DNA of 64,000 nt from Fimbriosthenelais zetlandica. Lineage: Eukaryota. Shown here piece by piece: positions 30,334 to 43,390 of this stretch (position 1 is the stretch's first letter; every line of letters starts with the position of its first letter). Location of the stretch: the NCBI GenBank assembly GCA_977030845.1, contig OZ365112.1, positions 16,120,001-16,184,000 on the forward strand, read 5' to 3'. Below the pieces are notes generated by a model that had not been told where the DNA came from, did not search any database, and was given only the letters and a program-made list of their open reading frames with translations. A program made the translations under genes and the position numbers.

Positions 30334-32567
30334 AATGTATGTTATCTCTTCGATTAAATGTGGTTTCAGTAATTGGATCTGTGTTTTAATCATCACAGGA
30401 ATATCAAGATATTGTAATGTAAGACATACTGCGCTCAGTTACATATTGAAGTTCTAGATATTAAGGAAACCTTTAAGATTAAGAAACGAAAACAACAGAC
30501 ATCACGAGATGGAGTTTATTTCGTGAAGATGCATAATTAACTGAAGTTGACTAAATGTACATTCTCAGCACCTGAAGGATCTCGCTTTGATATCGTGTCA
30601 CTAAGCAGTACACACAATTTATAATTTACACCTTTAAATAATTTAACATCGCTGAAATGAAGATGATTAAAATTCCTGCGAGATAAAATTTAATGTCAAT
30701 GTCAGGGTATATGCATCATCCTATAATGAAGAGAAGCACAATGTTTGTGGTATTGAGCAGTACAATTTTCTAAACTGTTACCCACAGGTATCTGTAAAAT
30801 AATAAAACACAACCTAACCTTAATTCTGAGGTTATTACGAGAAATTCAAACTGTTACTATGTATAGTCCGATTGTTTCACATGAGTAAATTTATTTTATA
30901 TTAGCAAATGTATTTCTCAACCCTGAATAAAATTCTACTCATGGATATTCTAGATGAGGGATTTCTCAATAATTACTGAAATCAATGTAGCTATCCTACT
31001 TATGCTCTAAGTACTGAAATTGAGGACGATAAATCACCTTGATGTAAATTTTGATGCATCGTAGAATTTACATGCTGAAAAGGAAGCACATAAACCCGAA
31101 TTCATATTGGTGTATAATTAGACCCTCCATTGCAAAGGCGCTCACCAAAAAATTACCATCCTTTTTGAACGAACCATTAACTTTTCTGGTTGACCGGAGA
31201 TAAAGTCAAAGATTCTCCTAACCAATCAAGAATATAGATCTTGAAATATTGCTGAAAGACACTCTGTTCAAATCGGAAGTATCCATTTAAAACTTGTAAA
31301 TCATTTATCCATTAAATAATTTGAGGCTTTCCCAAAAAGATAATAACCTTAAGTAAAAAAACTATTACAGCATATTGCATATTTACATCATAAGAGAGGC
31401 ATATTCCAGAATCCAAAGAATTACGAGGAATTTAACTTCAATGCTATTGAACATACGATTACCACAACTAGTGGCTCATAAATGAATTAGTATATTCTTA
31501 GTCAAAATTGATTCTCAAACCCTAATCAGTAATCTAATCTGTCCATAGGACAGCAGGAAATTAGTGACCATATTTGCCAGGGTATAATGTGGTAGGCGTG
31601 TACTAACTCAGATGCACCTTATACCACGGCAAATACGGTACCCACACACATTCTCGTGTATCAAATTAAAAAAAGGCTGGAAAAAATAAAGTGCATTCAT
31701 TTACAACTTAGGCACACATTCATACAGGCATTCATTCACAGGTGCTAAATCAAGAAACCTCTTGAGACGGGGAAGCAAATTCATCAATGAGGCCTAACGG
31801 CATAATATATATATCCCTGTAATTGAATCTCTCCAGAGATCAGGTGTAAATGATGGGGGAGTCAACTATAATGACATACTGGGTATGGAAGGACAGGTTA
31901 CAGGGTACCTTCCCGGTACTTTCAAAGGTGGAGTATTTGGTGGGATATCCAGAAACGATGTGAGGGAAGTATGGATGAAGGCTTGCTATCACAGGGGCAG
32001 AGAGCCATGGGTCATTATCATCATGGCTTCTCGTCCTCTTCTTTGAAGATATTTTCAAAGTTCCTACTCCAAAGGAAGATAAAACAGAAGAACAAAACAG
32101 GGGTAGGTGGTAGAATCCGTGAGTGACCATGGGTTAACGGCATCATGGTTTTCTCCTCTTCACAATGAATGTAGAGATGTTGGGTATAATTAACAGTCAC
32201 AACCCATCGTACAGCTAACATCTAGTTTTCCAGTTCCATGTCACTTGATTAAAACAGAAATCGTATTCCTGGCGATAACAGTGAAGATTCATGAGCTATG
32301 TCTCTGGTCAAGTCCGTAGAAATGTGAGCGATCTTAACTTAGAGATCAATCACTTGCTATAATGGCAAACACGTAAGCACATAGGTCCATTATTTGAAGA
32401 TAGTATGACACAGTAGTCTATGGTGCAATGATGAGATGCTCAGATAAAACCTTCTCTGTGCGTGGGGAAGAAAAGACTTTATCATCTCAAACGATGGCTG
32501 AGGCCAGGAAACATGAAACCAACCCTAGACGTTGAATAAGATACCCCTCCCCAGAAACTGAATACTT

Positions 32568-35500
32568 TTAATCTCCTTCTATCACACTCATGCTTGCTTT
32601 GCAGTCCACTTTTGACCCATCGGGACTAAGGGTGACACCCATGGAGGTAAGGAGCTCGACACAATCCTTGGTACTGGAGAATACTAATTCGCTCTGGACG
32701 AAGTCAACGGCTATCATGGGGCGATATCTATAGTACACATGGAGGTAACAAAAACATGTTAATTTCATCAATTACAGCAGTTTAACATTACAATAATTAG
32801 CGGTTCGATGACAACATTAAATACTTACCAAGCACCTGAAAGGAATACTTACCAAACCATTTAATTCTACATAAATAATTATAGAGGCATAACTGTACTT
32901 AATATACACGCGAGCAATATTGACTTGGATATTATAATAAATATTAATTATCTACATGTACTGTAAGTGTAACAAAGCTGCAAGAAAATCAATATTAGGA
33001 AAAGCAAACAGAGGACATGGAAAATTATATTTTTTCTTACTACTGTTATACAAAAGACGTTAAATGAAATATGTATAATTAAATTCGTGAATAACGGTTA
33101 TTAGTTTGGGAATAGTGAGAAGTAATACAGCACCTGTAGGATTATAAAGAAGAATTAACATAAACATTTTTTGCCACCAAGCAAGGACAAATACATACGC
33201 TCTAATCATATGACCAGCGGCAGCTTTGCGTTCCCTTTCCATGAACCAGTCAAGGAGGTAGCCAGACATTTTGGGTGCTTGAGAATATAACCTGAAAAAT
33301 CTATGATAGTTGTTAAGAGCCCAAGCAGACCGTATTTTCAAAGCGTGTTGTATACAGACATCTGCCCGATCCCCGGCAGTCAGTGAAGCAATTGCAGTCA
33401 TCATATCTGGGAAGGTAATAAAGGATAAATTTGTACCAATTATTGGATATTTTTGGTTCGAAAAATGGTCGGACTATAAAGAGCATGATAGGTAAGATTA
33501 AGCAACATTGTTTTAAAAGGATACCCATTCCATTTTTGGTGAACATGTAATATAATATCCGGTAGGCCAGGAACTCTTGTTCGTGTCCTTTCATTCCCTC
33601 AGAGTAGAGCAATTTAAGGTTAGTTTGGCATTGGTTGAATTCTTCATGGTCGCCCTGCAAGTAGAAACATTGTAAAAATATTTATCAACTTAAAACCCAG
33701 TCCTAAAGAAGTAGAAATGTTCATGTCACATCTATTGAATTTGAGGTAGTATGTGGAAAGGTAAAGCTTACTTTTTCCATGGCAATTCGGGCATGAGTCT
33801 CATACACATGAACGCAAAATTCGTTCCTAATAGTTTGTACCTGAAATTAAACATTCTATTAGTTATTATAGTAGAAATATTTGTCATATCATCCCCCAAA
33901 AGAATTATACTCAGTTTAATATCTTAACTAAAATGCTGTGATCTACAAACCCAGAAAATATTAAATAATATTGGTTTTATAACGCAGTTATTTTTAGTCA
34001 ATAGTTCAGTTAAAATGGAAAAGATAGGCACTAAGGCTTTGACAATCAGACATACCGTTAAGTCCTGTCGTATAGATTTGAGTTGTTCACACGTGTAATG
34101 GTAATCTTGTTTACTCTGCCACTTGCCCTTCACCATAGTCAATGACTTCTTCAGTACATGGAGTGGTCGGACCGTGGAGGCATCAGGTGCAGAAGTTAAG
34201 CGTAGATATCCCTTCTCCATGTCCTGGCAAGTTCCCACTATTGTAAACTGACTCCAGTCAAGCTCATCTCCATCATTGTTCTAAAGGAAGACAAAAAGGC
34301 ACAAGGAAATTTACAGTATAAATCAGATATCTTACAATAGAGCCTACATGTAAAATTTGTTTCTACTCACATTCTTCATGTTGTTTATTTGAAGAGTGAA
34401 GGGCTTGGAGCGTTTTTTGCCAGACTCTAGTGTCCCTGCAAAGCGGGCTGCTCTCTTTTGTAATTTATGGTTGTCAACTTCTTCATTATAGAAGATTTCC
34501 TTCCCTCTGTAAAAAAAAAAACAGTTTAAATAAGTCGTTAATTATTATTTAATTAAGCTCAATTATTGTTAAATTCACATAACCTTCTTATTCATATAAA
34601 TAACTGAAATCTAAATTAATTTTCAAGGGGATATATTCACCATAATAGAAAACTTACCCCTGCTTTCCTTTGCCCTTTTTCCCTTTCTTCTGAGTGATAT
34701 GTTCTTGGGCCTTTCTCGGGGTGTTTTGCTGCCTAGTCTTATTTTTGCTAGAATTGATATTATTGCGGACCTTGCGAGTGCGAGAGTTATACGACCTACT
34801 ACTGCACGATGAACTGGTTTCAGAGGAACTGTCACTGTTACTGTAACGCCTTGACCGCCGGTCATGTGACCGGTAATGTGGACTGCGGGACCGGGATCTC
34901 GATCTTGACCATGAGCGAGATGAAGATCTTGACCACCGGTTTCTTCTGAAGCCGGGAGGAGACCTGGGTCTCTGGTTAAAGACAGGTCCAGTCTGAGCTG
35001 GTCTTGGTACAGGTCCCGGGGCAGAGGCTGCTGACCCATCCCAACGTGAAGAACGCTCCTTCTTGTACATACCCATCATGTTAGCTTGCTGTAACATACT
35101 TTGTTGTATTCTACTGACTGGAAGTGTGGGCTTGGAAACAGCAACTGACTGGCCTGGCAAAGGTTCAGTTGCCCAGTTGATCTTATCAGCTAGTTTATTG
35201 TTGAACACATGGGTCAGTTTGTTTTTTAGTTTGTTTTCCATTTCATCTTTCTCTGTTTGTGTGCGAGCACTAGAAAATGCTCTTTGAACATATTCCTTCA
35301 GTTCAGGTGACCATTCTTGTGCTGGGGCATCGGCAGCAGCAGCTTGGTTGGCGATGGGTGGAGGTGGGGGAGGGCTTGTCTGAGGTACATTGGCCTTGAC
35401 TGGTGACGTCTGTTCTGTTTGTTGAGGGGCTGGCATCTGTTTGTAGTTGTTGTAGGGGTTATAATTCTGGAAAGCATTTCCTTGTTGAACATTATTTCTT

Positions 35501-37342
35501 TTGGAAAGTTGGAAGCGGATTGATGAGCCAGGAGCAGCTGAAATGTGAAATCAAGAAACATTCAATGGTTTATTTGAGATATTTCAGGACTGTTGTAATA
35601 TATTTAATTAGGTTCAGGATAGTCATCTTTCTTATTCTCAAGAGACCTATAAATTTACTTGTGCATTGTGCTATTCTGAGAAGAATTTGATGAATTTTAC
35701 CTTTGGATTTGAAATTTCCCTGAGGTCCATACATTCTGTACATACTGGGAGGAGAGTTCGGTGAAACATTAGGATTGATTGGAGGACTGCCAGAGTTGTC
35801 TTTATCTCCAAGATTGTTTTCCTCTGAGTTGTCATTTCCTGGTTGGTGCGGTGGTGGCGGGGGCGGCCCACGAGGCCTGGGACCGTAAGGACCTCTAGGT
35901 CCATACATGCGAGGTGGTCCACCATATGGACCAGGAGGTCCATACATTCCCGGGCCTGGTCCGTATGGGCCTGGTGGAGGGGGTCCATTATAGTACCTGA
36001 AGTAAAACAAGACATTTCATTATATACTTTGACATGGAAACACACATTCTGTGACATAAAGTTGGAAGGACTTTAGAAAAAGAATTTAGAAACCTAAGAA
36101 ATCACCTCATAAGAGTTAAGCCATGAAATTATGACATTGTTTATATACAAACTTAGATCATCATATATAGAAATTACGATATCTATTATCTCGCTCTGTT
36201 ATCATTAATGGGATAATATACAAGTGTCTTATCACTTACCCGTATGGGCCTGGGTACTGCTGGTTGTACATAGTATTGTACTGTTGCTGTTGGTAGTACT
36301 GCTGTTGCTGTTGATAGTTGTATTGCTGATGCTGCATTTGATGAGAACTCTGATCCGTGGCTGCTGGGGTCTCGATACTTTCCGTCGTCTTCTGCTTTTT
36401 CTGCTGTTGGACCTAGATATAGAAATCACAGATTATTACCTCATAAAAAATATCAGCATCAGGTAGCCTATAACATCGTCCCTAACATCATCAACATTAC
36501 CAGTAAATCCCTTCTCTGTGACTTTTCTTACCTGTTTTGCCTTAGCGTCTGCCTGAATAGCTTCCAAAGCTTTCTTGGCTTTTTCCCATTCTGGGGGTGG
36601 ATTAGCACCTCCTGCAGCTGGTGAACTCCCACTGAACTGTTGTGACCTATATACAAAAGACCATGGCATTAGTTGGCTTAAAAGTTAGATGCATAGACCA
36701 TAGTATAGGTGTCTGATATTGTTCCAACATGTTACATTTAATGCCATAGAATGATAGAATCTAGATAACATAGCTACTGCAATTTAATTATATAATTTAT
36801 TATAATCATATAATTTAAACACTAAAGTAAGGTTTAAACTTAAGTAAGCCCCCGCACGAATTATAGTAATATTAGCCTACATATTAAAATTATTACTTCA
36901 TAATTCATATTCAAACATTTAATAATGATTTACAATACAAATAGACTGCCCCATCCCCCATGGCCATGCCATTGCATGGGCCTACTATTTGTTTCCTAGG
37001 CAATCATTCGAAGTTGAGATTTCAAACGTGTATTACCAAAAATTACCGCAACATTACAGTTACCAGTGTACAATAAAGTGTTAAAATTTGGACCATTTTA
37101 AATCTCTATTTCTGCCATTTATTATTGGGGGGGGGGGGGGGGGACCCCCTCCCCTCCCGTGTTGAAGTTGAACCATAACAGAAAATGGCGTCACAATATC
37201 CTACATTAAGATACTGATTGAAGACAAATAAGACGTCAAATCTCTAGTATATCTCAGCCCCATAATAAATAAAACGTTCCTCTTACCATTGAGCTATTTG
37301 TGTTGCCTGATTACCAGCACTACTCCATTGTAAAGCTGCCAT
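32568..37342 (-). CDS. LENG8: Leukocyte receptor cluster member 8 homolog (SAC3/GANP-PCI domain protein, Thp3-like); 11 coding exons, about 815 aa
   Basis: Exons (minus strand): 37342-37287, 36646-36532, 36412-36240, 35996-35701, 35537-34658, 34506-34371, 34280-34056, 33840-33772, 33654-33525, 33406-33199, 32727-32568. Total 2448 nt. Motifs [112 protein letters not shown] match LENG8. Confidence 0.96.
33407..33524 (-). other. U12-type (minor spliceosome) GT-AG intron in LENG8
   Basis: 5' splice site reads G|GTATCCTTTT, the U12 consensus. The 3' end reads TTTATCCTTTATTACCTTCCCAG, with a TCCTTTAT branch-like motif about 12-19 nt from the AG and little pyrimidine tract. Confidence 0.75.
37127..37143. 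repeat. G17 homopolymer in LENG8 intron 1
   Basis: Run of 17 G followed by ACCCCCTCCCCTCCC. Confidence 0.95.
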
Positions 37343-37690
37343 TTTCGTCGCCTTTCCTTCGAGGTAGAAAATAGTGGACGTCCAAGATGGCGAAGGCTCG
37401 CTGTTTACCGAAAAACGCGGCACAGCTAACATGTAAACGGAATGTGACCCTTGATCTGAATAAAACACATCTCTTAATATTCAATGTATAGCTGAAGATA
37501 CTTGAACTTAATTTAATTTCTAATTGTTATGATCATTTAACGCGAAAACCTACTTTATTTTCTTAAAATGAAACAAATTATTCCGCCTCTTTCCTTTTGG
37601 CGCGGTTAGTGTTTTCCATGCCATCCAGGGATTTTCATCCAATCACAGAGCTCCTTGCATCAGTACACGCGCAGGCTGCCCACCGTCAAG
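37343..37690. promoter_or_regulatory. Compact bidirectional LENG8/PRKAR1 promoter
   Basis: Only 348 bp between divergent ATGs. YY1 motif CAAGATGGCG at 37383-37392; E2F-like CGCGAAA at 37541 and TTTGGCGCG at 37596-37604; CCAAT at 37639-37643. Confidence 0.8.
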
Positions 37691-37855
37691 ATGGCCTCGA
37701 ACACGGAGGAAGAGCACAGCCTTAAAGAAGTGGAAGCGTATGTCAAGAAACATGACATTCAGCAGATTCTAAAGGAATGTATTGTGCAGCTATGCATCAG
37801 CCGACCGGACAATCCCTTCAGTTTCTTGCGGGACTACTTCGACCGACTGGAAAAG
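37691..37855 (+). CDS. PRKAR1: cAMP-dependent protein kinase type I regulatory subunit, first coding exon (dimerisation/docking domain); remaining exons lie beyond the window
   Basis: [55 protein letters not shown] followed by phase-0 donor AAG|GTGAGT. The residue pattern and exon end match the RI D/D exon. No hinge (RRGAIS) or cNMP-binding exon was found by eye in 37856-64000. Confidence 0.94.
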
Positions 37856-40228
37856 GTGAGTTGAATGTTGCATGTGTGCTCCCAGGCCCAGCATCCACCT
37901 CATACTTTCATTGCTGCCGCGCTATAGCTGCCGATACAATGTTTGTAAATATCCCCCGATGATCTATTTCCCACAGTGACACTTCCCTTACTATAATATA
38001 AAGGATCTTTACATTTAACCCTAATTAAGTTCAGTTTTTTTAGTGATCAATTGGGATTAAAACTGTCGTCTCCAGACACGCCCCCTTGTCCTTTTTAATT
38101 GGCTTTAAAAATCAAAGTGGTATTGGCTATTGACGTAGTATTGTGTATTGAGTAATATTTTTGCCCTGAAAGCATGATTAACTGAAAATATGATATATAT
38201 TATCATGTATATTTCGGTAATTAGTGACACCGTCCTCTCTTTGGTGCGACAGTACAGTTGAGCTTTATTAATATAAAACCCCAGGCCCAGGCCCAGGGAT
38301 GTCCTGCTAATCATGTGTCAAGGATACATGTGTACATGAAGCTGCTGTGTAGGTAATGCTTGTATGTGGATCAATACTAGCCCTGGACATCATTTTGTAA
38401 TATGTATCATTATATTTATCATTTTGCGGTGTCCACAAAACAAATATTGGTTGTGTATCAAATATTTCTGAATGTCAAAATTCACTTTAATTTGTAGCTG
38501 TTCCTTTTCTCCCAGTTTGAATCGTGCAATTTCAATCATTCTTGGCATGTCCGAAACCTAATACAGCCTAATAAATGGCCTCCTTTCAAGCCAGAGTCGC
38601 CCGTCTCCAAAAGGAAATTGCATTTTAAATGGCTTAGCCAGATGAGGTGGTGGTAGGAGCAGGCACTTGTTGGGCAGAGAGTGTTGGTAAATGCTCATAA
38701 ATCAAACATAAACTAATTATATGGAGAAAAAAGGATGGAGTGTGGTATGACACTGACCAAGGTGTGGCATTCTGGGGTTAACACACCAAGTTACTACCAG
38801 AGTTATTCCAGAGTGCTTTATTGTTATTGGAAGATATTCAGTTAGGCTATAATAATCAAAATGTAAAATGGCCCTCCAGGAATAGACTTTAGAGTAAAGT
38901 GATTTTACTGTAAACTCGAGGGACTATCATATCAATGATAGTAGAAGTCTACTATCCTTGGGAATATCTTCTATTGTCCACCCACACCTTCTCCAGGAAG
39001 CCCTTACTTTCACCAACTTTCTATACTCGTTGCTTTCACCCCTTACTCCAAATCTGTTTATCATGGGTATAGATAACCTGTTGTGTATTGGACCATCTTG
39101 GTTAGTCTATTTGATGGCCCATCTTTCACGTGTTTGAGGTTTGAGTTCCTCGACCTACTTTACCCCCCTGATCTCCCCAGCTTGTGGGTTCCTCCAAACC
39201 TGCGGATTAAGATTAGCTTTCTCCACTGACAAGCTCAACATTTCCGGCTCCGTCTGACAACTTGAACTCAGGTAGTAGGCTGCTACTCGCTGAGCCTATT
39301 CCTACTCTAACTGTTGGAATTGGAGCCTGGCAGCCCGAAGCATCTATGTGTGTATACTCTACTCAGACCGCTTCAAGGCAAACAACTCTAACTGTAAACT
39401 GGAAATACCTGAGACTCACTGTAGAAAACAGCTGGGGAAATGTCAGTTTATACATGTGTAATGTTGGACGTCACTGCTTTATATTGATCCCATTTCTTTA
39501 ATCTTAAACTTTTCTGGAAATCTATAAATTCACATACGGTGAAAGATATTCTCAAAATTAATTTGTGTAGTGTTCCCCTTGAATGGGAGCCCATGCAAAC
39601 ATCTAAATATCAAGTATTAAATATGCTTTCAATCTTCTGTGGTGTGAGGAATGGCCGCGTTTATATTATTAACCTCATTTAAATAGGGTTATTCTAGTGC
39701 CGGTCTTAAATAGTTTATTTTTATCCATATGGTAGAGCTCTATGAAACAAAATATCCTATATTCACTAAGTACCAATCAATATGCAAAAGAGTGGCCTAA
39801 TTCATCCACCAATATGGCACTGCCTTCCTATGTAATATAACATTCAATCTTTGGTCTCATCTATGGCATCAGCCTCGTGTAAAATCACCTAGATTATCCC
39901 CAGTAATGAGACCTATAAAGTATGGTTACATTGCCATTCGGTATCTCTGATCATCCCATCTCCATGCTTAAAATTAGCTGGTCAGAAATCATTACTGGGT
40001 ATCATTGGACCTTGAGATCTAAGCTAAATATAATAGTGAAAATGACTCGTTTACTATAAATTCTGAGTAGCTTATTGTTGCTTCCCTGAGTTATTCTGGT
40101 CGTTTTCTAAAATGTTTTGGCGGTACCTTTTAGTGGAGTGTCCTCTTATGGCTTTAATACATGATCGCTTCCATGAATACTGGAGTAGCCTTTTATTTAT
40201 TGTACCATGTCAGTGTTTGTAACAGTAT

Positions 40229-40236
40229 TGACGTCA
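40229..40236. promoter_or_regulatory. Full palindromic cAMP-response element
   Basis: TGACGTCA in PRKAR1 intron 1; motif match only. Confidence 0.35.
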
Positions 40237-43177
40237 ATTCACTGATGGATCAGAACCGTTACAGATCGAAATACCCAGGCTTATCACACATTATTCAAGA
40301 TAAGCCAAAATGAAACAGATTTCTAGGAACCGATGACCTGAAGAAGGCCATGTTGCTTTGGAATTTCTAATATAATTGAGATGTTTTCTCCAAAGCCGAA
40401 CCTTCCATATAGTTTATATCATGTAAACGCATCCTATATGTGAATTTAGAAGGTCTGGGCTCATTGCCAGAGTTTAGGTTTACAAAGTTATGGTTGTTTG
40501 TGTCTGTAAAGTGAACACCAGAGCCAAATATAACCGTTGTAAACATAAATATTATGTGTCGTTTCTAAACGTTTGGGGAATTTAATTTCCAACATCTGTT
40601 TACAGTTTTGACATGTTGATTATTTCCAATCACTTCAATGAGACTGTGAGATATGAATGATTGGTGCATAAGGCCTAGTGTAACGAGATAAATGTCACTT
40701 CTCACATGATATCATGCCATCTATATTGTAGTTCCCGGTATATATAATATTTCCTATAGTACTGGCGAGTATGGTAACTGAATCCTCCTACTGTCTGAAA
40801 AGATATTCACAATCAATAATGTAAGCGTTGTTTTTTTAATTTTCAAATTCATCCATATAATTATTTATTAAAGTCAATTTGAATGAGGGTATCAGCTGGG
40901 GTAAAATGGGTCCATTAGCTTGATGAACAGGCCTCATGTTTTGATTCTATTCTGGCGGAATGAGAACCAATACACACTTGAGCTTGATGCCAGACAGTGA
41001 TTGAGCAGTTTGGCCCTGAACCGATTTACTTGCTGAAATGGCTATATAGACAAGTCCAAGCCCCGCTCAAAATATACCACTTTCAAGAGGAAATCAACAA
41101 TTATGTCTGGATTCATTGAGCTTCGCTTTACCTTCTATAAAGTCCAGAAGATAATGTCTTAATTTATATTTTCTGATAATTTCCATATTCTAGAATATCG
41201 TAGATTGCATTGAATTGTGTGTGTGTGTTCCGCAACACAAGTGGTTTAAATTGGTTTGTAGTACATAAAACCTGGTGAGGGGAGGACGTGACTCTGCATG
41301 TTAGAACTATGTTTCCTGCTTCAGTATTAGGCATCACTTCATTCAACCTGATGTTGCCCCCTCCCAATGATCCTAAACTGAGTTCTGGTACCCAGGCACA
41401 TGAATATCAAGGGGGTGGGTGGGTGGGGGAGTGTAGAGGAGGAGGAGTGTGGGTAGAGAAGATGGAGTAAATGGTTGAAGGATAGAGAGACGTTTTATTC
41501 ACTGCTTTCCTCGTGGGTGTTCCCACTCGCACCAAGTACTATTTGCCCCACCCTGACCAGAAAACTGAACCAAACACTCACGTTTGATGTTGGAATTATC
41601 CCACCGGTCCTGTACTCGGCAAACATCGTTCCTGCCATTCCCCTAACAAGTGTGCCACTACACAAGACTGTCTCTTGAACTCCTCACCTGTAGTTTTAAG
41701 CTTTGATGAGATCTTCATCTTATTATGAAAGGCTGGTTCTTCTGTTTCTGGGATTATCTTTCAACAGTAATTCACTATTCATTATTTGGGATGTCATATT
41801 TGTTTTTGACCTATGGCGAACTTGCCCCGTCCATAGATGGAACCCACTTCTTCTTTAGTAGTTTATTTAAAATGCCAGAGTTAAAGATTTCAATATAAAA
41901 TTTATTAGATATTTTGCCGAAGTTATAAAATGAAACTAAGTCTTTGGCAAGTCAATAATACTATGGTCCAGTGGTACGGTACTTTTTCATAGAATGCCTC
42001 TAGTGACTCTGAGCAGTCCCTGAGCAAGTTTCACAATAACAAGTGGTTTTTATGTTTTTTTTGTGTGCGACTTTTTGCTCCGGCCGAGCCCTGAGGGGAA
42101 TTTTCAGAACATAGAGACATGTCATCAGGCATCGTTGGGATTGACGTAGCAGGGTTTCACCTGTGTCTGAGCTAAATAACTGAGTTACACATTCTACCAA
42201 TACACATAAGACGGTATAAGTTTCAGCCAGCTGAGCTCGATATTACTGGTGAATTGTGTAATAAACCTGTCCGTGTTCCTTCGGGGGCTAGGTTATATAG
42301 TTTTTGATCAAAATGTCCAATTACATGCCATCCGCCATTTTATTAACCGTAAATTGAATATTATTCTTATTCAGAATACCTGTATGAATGAATGCAAAAT
42401 GCACTGCCCCACCCCGTCATGATGCATTCCCGCCTATTTGTTCTCTGTTGAAAAAGAATACCCTGGCTCTGCAGTGTCGTGGCTCGATTAGTGAAGAAGA
42501 AGTAGACCTGTACAGGACCAGAAGCTGGGCCTGTTCTTGAATGACCTTTCTAATCCTATATTATTCACTTAAGTCATCGTTGATAAGGGCATGGGCATGG
42601 ACATTCGTACTTATTTCCTAGCATTTCATGAAGACTAGAATCTTTAGTGAAGAGAATTATTTTCCTTAAAGCCACTTATTGCGGGCAACTATTTGTTGCG
42701 AGGAACGGCCATTACACTGTAATTTCCTCTTGTCAATTGACACTCTTCTCCCACTCGTTTTCTTCATCACTTCCTTAATATTTGATTTGATTTTGATTAC
42801 TACTATCATTAAAATGGTACATTTGAACACACCTGCCTTTTTGCTCTCAATGTTGGCTTGCTCACTACACTGTTGAAGTGTTAGCATTTTAATGCCATCC
42901 CACCTGCTCAGCTTTCTGTTATAAAGGCTGTTCACATTATGTTCACAAAGCTTCAGACATCGGCTTGGTTCAAAAAAACCTGCTGGATCTGTAAGAAAGA
43001 GCTGCTCCTCGCCTGCTCTGAATGAAGTTGCATTGGCGGAGCAAATCACATCTATATTTGAGCGGGCGCCTCACGTAAAGGAGTAACGAGTTTTACGATC
43101 CTCTCCTGCCCTGCCTACCTCACAGCATCCAGCAAGTGAATGGGGCCTAGGGGACTCAGAAATATGGACCTAGCTCT

Positions 43178-43390
43178 ATGAATTGGACCTGTCCAGATTG
43201 TGGAATATGTTGCTCTATATATATTCATGATGTGTGCCAATACTCCATGGCCGGGCATTTAAATAATACAAACAATCAACAAGTCTTTTTTGCTGAACAT
43301 TCTTTCACGTTTCCTTTTATTGATGTTCTTTGTCATGGCCGTGTTATTCTTGTCAAGGCACTGTTTTTGACGCACGTTCAAGCTTATTTT
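43178..43390 (+). mobile_element. Degenerate PHD finger, probably a CR1/L2-type LINE remnant
   Basis: One frame gives WTCPDC..C-x4-H-x2-C (CSIYIHDVC); a shifted frame gives SWPCYSC...SSLF. Together they fit a frameshifted C4HC3 PHD of the kind carried by CR1/L2 elements. No intact ORF. Confidence 0.35.

Noticed and set aside
34623-35039. 138-aa ORF and other long ORFs overlapping LENG8 exons (for example 36232-36429, 35671-36057)
   Set aside because: Alternative-frame shadows of GC-richer, low-complexity LENG8 coding sequence.
42475-42540. CRGSISEEEVDLY resembles the PKA-RI inhibitory hinge (RRGAISAE...EED..Y), suggesting exon 2
   Set aside because: It lacks the Arg-Arg pair, hits a stop after 21 codons and has no good donor; most likely chance.
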